From: Octopus vulgaris
Lineage: Eukaryota
Length of the DNA stretch: 64,000 bases
Direction: 5' to 3'
Assembly (NCBI GenBank): GCA_951406725.2
Contig: OX597815.1
Coordinates: 151,218,001 to 151,282,000 of the forward strand
Part shown: one piece after another, positions 56,991 to 64,000 of the stretch
Numbering within the stretch: the stretch's first letter is position 1
How the letters are laid out: each line of letters begins with the position of its first letter
The notes under the pieces: generated by a model
What the model was told of the DNA's origin: nothing
What the model saw: the letters and a program-made list of their open reading frames with translations, nothing else
The model's database searches: none
Position numbers and translations under genes: made by a program

Positions 56991-58729
56991 ATTATGTGAT
57001 CTGGCAGTTTCGGTGGCCAAGTATTCTATGTTCCAACACAACCTCCATGTTAAGTTGGAGATCAAGATTACCCTTTGGTATTCATAGTACTTCTGTCACT
57101 AATAATTATGTATTACATTTATGTTGAAAGATACTTTCTATAGAAGATTACTTTACAACAGAAACTCAAAGTAGCAATAGTGGGAAATATCAACACACAC
57201 ACACGTGAAGACTCGTGGCCTTGTTTGTCATCACTCATTAAAATTTTATGTGTGTATCAAACCCAAATCAAATCACAATCAAATGGAAATTATACTTGAG
57301 GCTGTTACTAGTGCTGGTGGCACATGATAAGCACCATTCATTCATGCATGGGTCATTGCCAGAGCTGCTTGACTGGCTCCTTGTGCCGGTGGCACGAAAA
57401 AAGCACCATCCAAACATGGCCGATACTAGCCCCTCCGCCCTGACTGGCTCCTGTGCCGGTGGCACATAAAAAGCACCATCCGAACGTGGCCAATGCCAGT
57501 GCCGCTGGTACGTAAAAAGCACCCACTACACTCTTGGAGTCATTGGCATTAGGAAGGGCATTGCCAGATCAGATTGGAGCCTGGTGTGGCCTGCTGGTTT
57601 ACCAGTCCCTCAGTCAAACCATCCAACCCATGCCAGCATGGAAAATGGACGTTAAACAATGATGATGATGTAAATACACACATATATATTTATTGAATTA
57701 CAAGTAATTTTGTTCAAAGAATTTTTCTATATATTTATAGGCATTGTGGGCATTATCATCATCATTGTTCAACGTCTGCCTTCCATGCTAGCATGGGTAG
57801 GATGGTTTCATAAGAGCTGGCCAGACAGAAGCCTGCACCAGACTTCTGTGACTGTTTTGGCAGGATTTTACAGTTAGATGCCCTTCCTAACACCAACCAC
57901 TCTGCAGAGTGGACTTAGTGCTTTTTACATGGCACAAGCACAGGCGAGGTCAGTTTTGTCGAGGTTTTTACAGCTTGATGCCCTTCTGAACGTCCAACCA
58001 CTTTACGTTATGGACTGGGTGCTTTTAAGTGGCACCTGCACTGACACAGTCACCAAGTACTTGCAAGACAAAAAAAAAACACTTTCAAGAGGGGAGGGGA
58101 AACAGGAGGAGGTGATCTTGTGCTGGATGATGAAAGGTTATAGAGAGACAGAAACAGGTGTCTTGTAGAGGAAGTACAAGGTTACCTGACGGGGGAGAGA
58201 GAGATCAAGAATGAAGACAGAAACAGGTGTGCTACCGCAAAGGTAATACATGGTTACCCAGCCTGAGGGAATTGCAAGAGAAGGAGAGAGTGTAGTGCCA
58301 GTGACATGTAAAAGGCATACACTACACTCTTGGAGCAGTTGGCATTTGGAAGGGCATCCAGCCGTAGAAACCAAATTAAACTAGAATGGAACTTGGTACA
58401 GCTCTGCTGCTTACCAATTTCATTCACACCATCTAACCCATGCCAGCATGAAAAACGGATGTTAAATGATGATGATGATAAAATATGTCTAAACAATTAA
58501 GAGAACTTACCTGTGTAAAACCCATTTTACCTTCCTTTCATAGCAAAGTTTCTGACAGACATACAGAATAACTATGGAACATATTAATTTCATTAACTGA
58601 GATATTGGATATATATACATATATACCATCATCATTTAATGCCTACCTTCTATGCTAGCATGGGTGGGACATGTATGTGTGTGTGTGTGGAAAAAAGTCA
58701 AGATAGAAAATGCTAAAATAATTTTATAA

Positions 58730-58786
<57 letters not shown>

Positions 58787-59060
58787 CAAAAGCACAAAGT
58801 TTGTTTACAAAAAAAAAACAACTACGAAATAATATAGTTCTTAAATTTGACAGAAAAGAGCAGGCTGGTTTGTTGGTGTAATCGATAACACAGTTGCGTT
58901 AAGAAAGGGATGTGGGTTTAAGGTCCACGTGTACAGGGAAGCCTACTTTTTTTTTATCGAGGGCTTATGTACCCCATTATTAGACTATTTTCCTTAGTCA
59001 TTTGTACAGTGATCACTATAAGCTTTAAGCTTATAAAAAATACTATTATTATTATTTATA

Positions 59061-59095
<35 letters not shown>

Positions 59096-62029
59096 CACCA
59101 ACACCACTACCACAGATGAATGGAATAGATGTGGTTATTGAATTATCAGCTATTATCTTCTGTAATATTATACTCAACAAATAGATGAACAATTATTATC
59201 AGTACAAATATGGCATAAGAGTTCATAGCAGGGAGAGAGAGAGTATGTTCAATGTAATATAAATGTCTGAATTACATGTTTGTGTATGGAATGTCCTTGT
59301 GCTATTATCTATGATTTTGTAATATTTTCTAATTATGGTGCACTGGCGGCAATTAAGGAACTAATCACTATAATTATCAATCAGCAACATCATCATTATT
59401 CCCTAGCTTTGAAACATTATGGCAGAGAAGAATTATTTTTGGAGAATTTTTCTTTCTGACTTATTAAAAGGTACTGTTGAATAATTAATTATAAATGTAC
59501 AAAACAAATTAAACAGAAAGATATAAACAGAAGAATATGGGAATAATAATAATAATAATAATACTCTTTTACTTGTTTCAGTCATGTGACTGTGGCCATG
59601 CTGGAGCACCACCTTTAGCCAAGCAAATCGACCCCAGGACTTATTCTTTCTAAGCCTAGTACTTATTCTATCACTCTCTTTTGCCGAACCGCTAAGTTAC
59701 GGAGACGTAAGCACACCAGCATCAGTTGTCAAGCGATGTTGGGGGGGACAAACACATACACACATATATATACATATATACGACAGGCTTCTTTCAGTTT
59801 CCGTCTATTAAATTCACTCACAAGGCTTTAATCAGCCCGAGGCTATAGTAGAAGACACTTGCCCAAGGTGTCACGCAGTGGGACTGAACATGGAACCATG
59901 TGGTTCATAAGCTAGCTACTAATAATATTAATAGTTTCAAAATTTGACACAAGACCTGCACTTTTGAGGGAGGGAATAAATCGACTATATTGACCCCATA
60001 CTTAACTAGTCCTTACTTAATCAACCCCAAAGGATGAAAGGCAAAGTTGATTTTGGTGGAATTTGAACTCAGAACATAAAGATGGACAAAGTATTGCTAA
60101 GCATTCCACCTGGCTTGCTAATGATTCTGCTAGCTTGCTGTATTAAAATAATAATAATAATCCTTTCTACCATAAGCACAAGGCCTGGAATTTTGAGGGC
60201 AGGTCTACACAATTACATCAACTCCCAGTGCTTAACTGGTACTTATTTAATCAACCCCTAAAGAATAAAAGGCAAAATTAATCAAGGCAGGATTTGAACT
60301 CAACTCATCATTATCGTTTAACGTCTGTTTTCCATGCTGGCATTGGTTGAATGGTTTGACTGAGATCTGCAAAACCAGCAGCTGCACCAAGCTCCAATTT
60401 GATCTGGCAATGTTTTTCAGCTGAATGCCCTTCCTAATGCCAACCACTCTGAGAGTGTAGTGAGTGCTTTTTACATGCCACTGGCACAGGAGCCTGTCAG
60501 GCAGGCCTGGCATCGATTACATTTGAATAGTGCATTTTACGTTCCACTGGCACAAGGGCCAGTCAATGGGTACTGGCATTGGCCACATTTGTATGGTGCT
60601 TTTTACATGCTACTGGCACGAGAGCCAGTCAGGGAGTACTGGCATCAGCCACATTTGGATGGTGCTTTTTGACAGTAAAGTCAAAAGAATTGCTGCTAAG
60701 CATTTTGTCCAACTTGCTAACGATTCTCTAAACTAGCTGCTTTATTATTATTATAATCATAATTGCTAATATCGATGATGATGATGTGGCTTGGGAGAAG
60801 CACTTCTGTGAAGAGCATCATTTTCACCTGCCATCAGAATGTGGTAATTTTAAGATATGGACATTGTTTATGAAGTTAACCTTTTTAATATACTTTCATT
60901 GAAATACAATGCCTTCGAATCAATTTTGAAAATAATGACGAATTTCGTAAAGTAATTTTGTCACTCTTTAACCTTTTCGTTACTGTATTTTGAGATGCTC
61001 TGTGTTTCTTTCAATTACTTTAAATACAACAAAGAATTTAGTAAAATAACTCGGTTATCATTTAGTTAGTTTTAGGAACATAAATTGTGACAAAGATTTG
61101 GTGGAAAATTTTAACTCAAAACTTATGAAAACAAGACATTTGTACTCAGCTGGGTTGGTAACAAAAGGGTTAAGCTTAAGTTTGGAATAATCTTTTATTT
61201 GTTTCAGTCATTTGACTGCGGCCATGCTGGAGCACCACCTTTAGTCGAGCAAATCGAACCCTGGACTAATTCTTTGTAAGCCTAGTACTTATATGTTGGT
61301 GTGCTTACGGAGACACAACACACCAACATTGGTTGTCAAGTGATGGTGGAGGGGACAAACACACACACACATGACGAGCTTCTTTCGGTTTCCATCTACC
61401 AAATCCACTTACAAGGCTTTGGTCAGCTCGAGGCTATAGTAAAAGACACTTGCTCAAGGTGCCATGCAGTGGGACTGAACCCGCAACCATGTGGTTGTTA
61501 AGCAAGCTACTTACCACACAGCCACTCCTGCGCCTAAATATGAAATTTTGATACAAGGTTTAATTTAGTTCATGGGATTCACACCAAACAGCAAGAATCC
61601 AAACAATAAGATATCTATTCATTCTCAATACATTCAGACTCAAATGTGAATATCTGATTGTTGTTGTTTTCCATCATCAGAGGTCATCTCTTCCCTCGAG
61701 ACTACATACCCACTTGGCCAAAGGTGCTTGTCTTGTAATTTACTTGGTGACCTCAACAGGTGTGGTTTCTGAAGTAGTTGGCATCTAGCAACAGAAACAG
61801 TGCCAAGAAGACACTGAAGCTTGAAGCAACATTCAGGTTTGTTGCATCCTTGTTGAACTGTCCAACTCCTGCCAACAAGGAAGGCAGACATTAAATGATG
61901 ATGACGACGAAGTACAAAGGTGGTATAGACACACACCAGAAAATTTCGAAGAGAATGACAAAGTAACTATGCCCTGGTGTATATACTCCAACACACACGC
62001 GCACGCGCGCATGCAGAGGGAGATCAAAT

Positions 62030-62350
62030 GATAATCAACATGAACGTGATACTGTTATCAAGGATGATGTGGGAAGGAAATGCCTCTCAAATGACATATC
62101 AGTCTCATAAGATAGCATATCTTTCAATGAAATGAAGAAATACTCCAAATATAAAGATGTGGAAACAGAGATAAGCCGAATGTGGAGGCTGAAAGCGAAA
62201 AACAATTTCTATAATAAAAATAATAATAATGTTCTGGGAATGATTAAAAACCATGTATTTGAATATATAGGCAAGGACTTAATACATACAACATACAGAG
62301 AATAATAGCACAGCTAGTCAGTGCACACATCTTGCACAGTGTACTCAATA
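62030..62350 (+). mobile_element. Remnant of a restriction-like-endonuclease LINE C-terminus (R4/Dong/NeSL-like)
   Basis: Degenerate translation ..DTVIKDDVGRKCL.NDISV...EMKKYSKYKDVETEISRMWRLK..LGMIK...AHIL..VL follows the PD..D..K..KY RLE pattern. Confidence 0.6.
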
Positions 62351-62586
62351 CAATAGAAACATCAAAACCAACACAACTACATCTACCCAAAGCACAAATT
62401 ATTATTACAAAACATTACACATAGGTGCAAGAGTGGCCATGTGGTAAGAACCTTGTTTACCAACCACATGGTTCCAGGTTCAGTCCCATTGCATGCCACA
62501 TTGGGAAAGTGTCTTTTATTAAAGCCTCAAGCTGACCAAAGCCTTGTGAGTGGATTTGGTAGACAGAAACAGAAAGAAGCCTGCCA

Positions 62587-62621
<35 letters not shown>

Positions 62622-64000
62622 GCGTGTGTGTGCGTGTATTTGTATGTCTGTGTTTGTCCCCCAACCATCGCTTGACACCAATGTTTGTATGTTTACCTCA
62701 CTGTAACTTAGTGGTTCAGCCTAAGAGACAGATATAATAAGTACTAGGCTTACAAAGAATAAGTCCTAGGATTGATATGTTCAACTAACGACAGTGCTCC
62801 AGCATGGCCGCAGTCAAAAGACAAACAAGAAAAACAATAAAAGAAAATACTTAAAGAACACATTATCTCATACAAAGCTTCTGTTGATAATAATAATAAT
62901 AATGATGATGTCTAATTTAGGCAGAAGGCCAACAATTTTAAGTGGAAGGGGTTAGTCGATACTATCAACCCCAATATATGACCAGTACTTTATTACCATC
63001 ATTATTGTCGTTTAATATCCGCTTTCCATGCTGGCATGGGTTGGATGGTTTGACTGAGAGCTGGCAAGCCAGGAGGCTGCACCAGGCTCCAATCCAGTCT
63101 AGCAATGTTTCTACAGCTGGATGCACTTCCTAACACCAACCACTCCAAGAGTGTAATGGGTGCTTTTTATGTGCCACCAGCATGAAGGCCAGTCAGCCGG
63201 CGCTGGCATCGACCATGCTTGAATGGTACTTTTTACATGTCACCAGCTCATGGTTCAGTCAGACAGTACTGTTAACGGCCTTATCAATCCTGAAAATATG
63301 AAAGGCAAAGTAGGCTGACAGGATTTGACCTCAGAATGTGAAGAGCTGGAAGAAAAGCTACAAGACATTTTTTCTCAAGCTCTGACAATTCTGCCAGCTT
63401 TTATGTCTTTATAAGAAAATCAATAGTTTCTAATTTAGACAAAATGCCAGCAATTTTTAAATCAAAGAGAAGTCAATTGTATCAACTCTAGTGCTTCACT
63501 AGTACTATTTGGGTTTTTTTGACCCCAGAGAGATGGAAGATAAAGTAGAGCTTGGTGGGATTTGAACTCGGAATGTAGGGCTAGAACTAAAGGCATTGTG
63601 CTTAACACTTCTTTCAAATACAGACATAACGACTGAAATGTTGGGGAAATGTGGGTAGTTGATATCAACACCAGTACTTGACTGGTACTTTGATTTAGCC
63701 AGTCACATATTAATAATAATAATCCTTTCTACTATAGGCACAAGACCTGAAATATTGGGGGATGGGGTTAAGTCGATTACATCAATCACAGTGTTTCACT
63801 GGTAATATACTGACCCCAAAGAGATGAAAGGCAAAGTTGACCTCGGCTGAATTAGAACTCAGATTGTGCAGACAGACGAAATGCTGCTAAGCATTTTACC
63901 CAGCATGCAAATGATTCTGCCAGCTTGCTGCTTTAATAATAACAATAATTATTATTATTATTATTATAATTTCAAATTTTTGCCACAAGGGCAGCTTGGA

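Overview
This is AT-rich, microsatellite-dense eukaryotic DNA. The repeat families suggest a cephalopod, most likely Octopus (my recognition, not a database result). One protein-coding gene can be assembled by hand: a BTBD10/KCTD20-family BTB protein on the minus strand, with 9 coding exons from ATG 51136 to TAA 19960, all GT-AG and phase-consistent, giving 1491 nt / 496 aa and an unusual Gly-rich C-terminal insert. The rest is mostly mobile DNA: three abundant tRNA-headed SINE families, about 30 3' fragments of an RTE-clade LINE that often sit in (TA)n tracts and carry a variable 62-66 bp internal repeat, Tc1/mariner, pogo, hAT and piggyBac-type MITEs, a Helentron-like element and other LINE remnants. 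The most notable signal is a ~250-nt element (5 loci) that joins a tRNA-like Pol III head, a minimal type I hammerhead ribozyme and a Penelope-like tail, and is mostly found as head-to-head palindromes with a ~31-nt one-sided extension. Several unrelated hammerhead motifs also occur, including a near-perfect one at 34075-34119 and one split by a 1-kb MITE. Almost all ORFs in the supplied track are repeat or microsatellite artefacts. Repeat boundaries are approximate.
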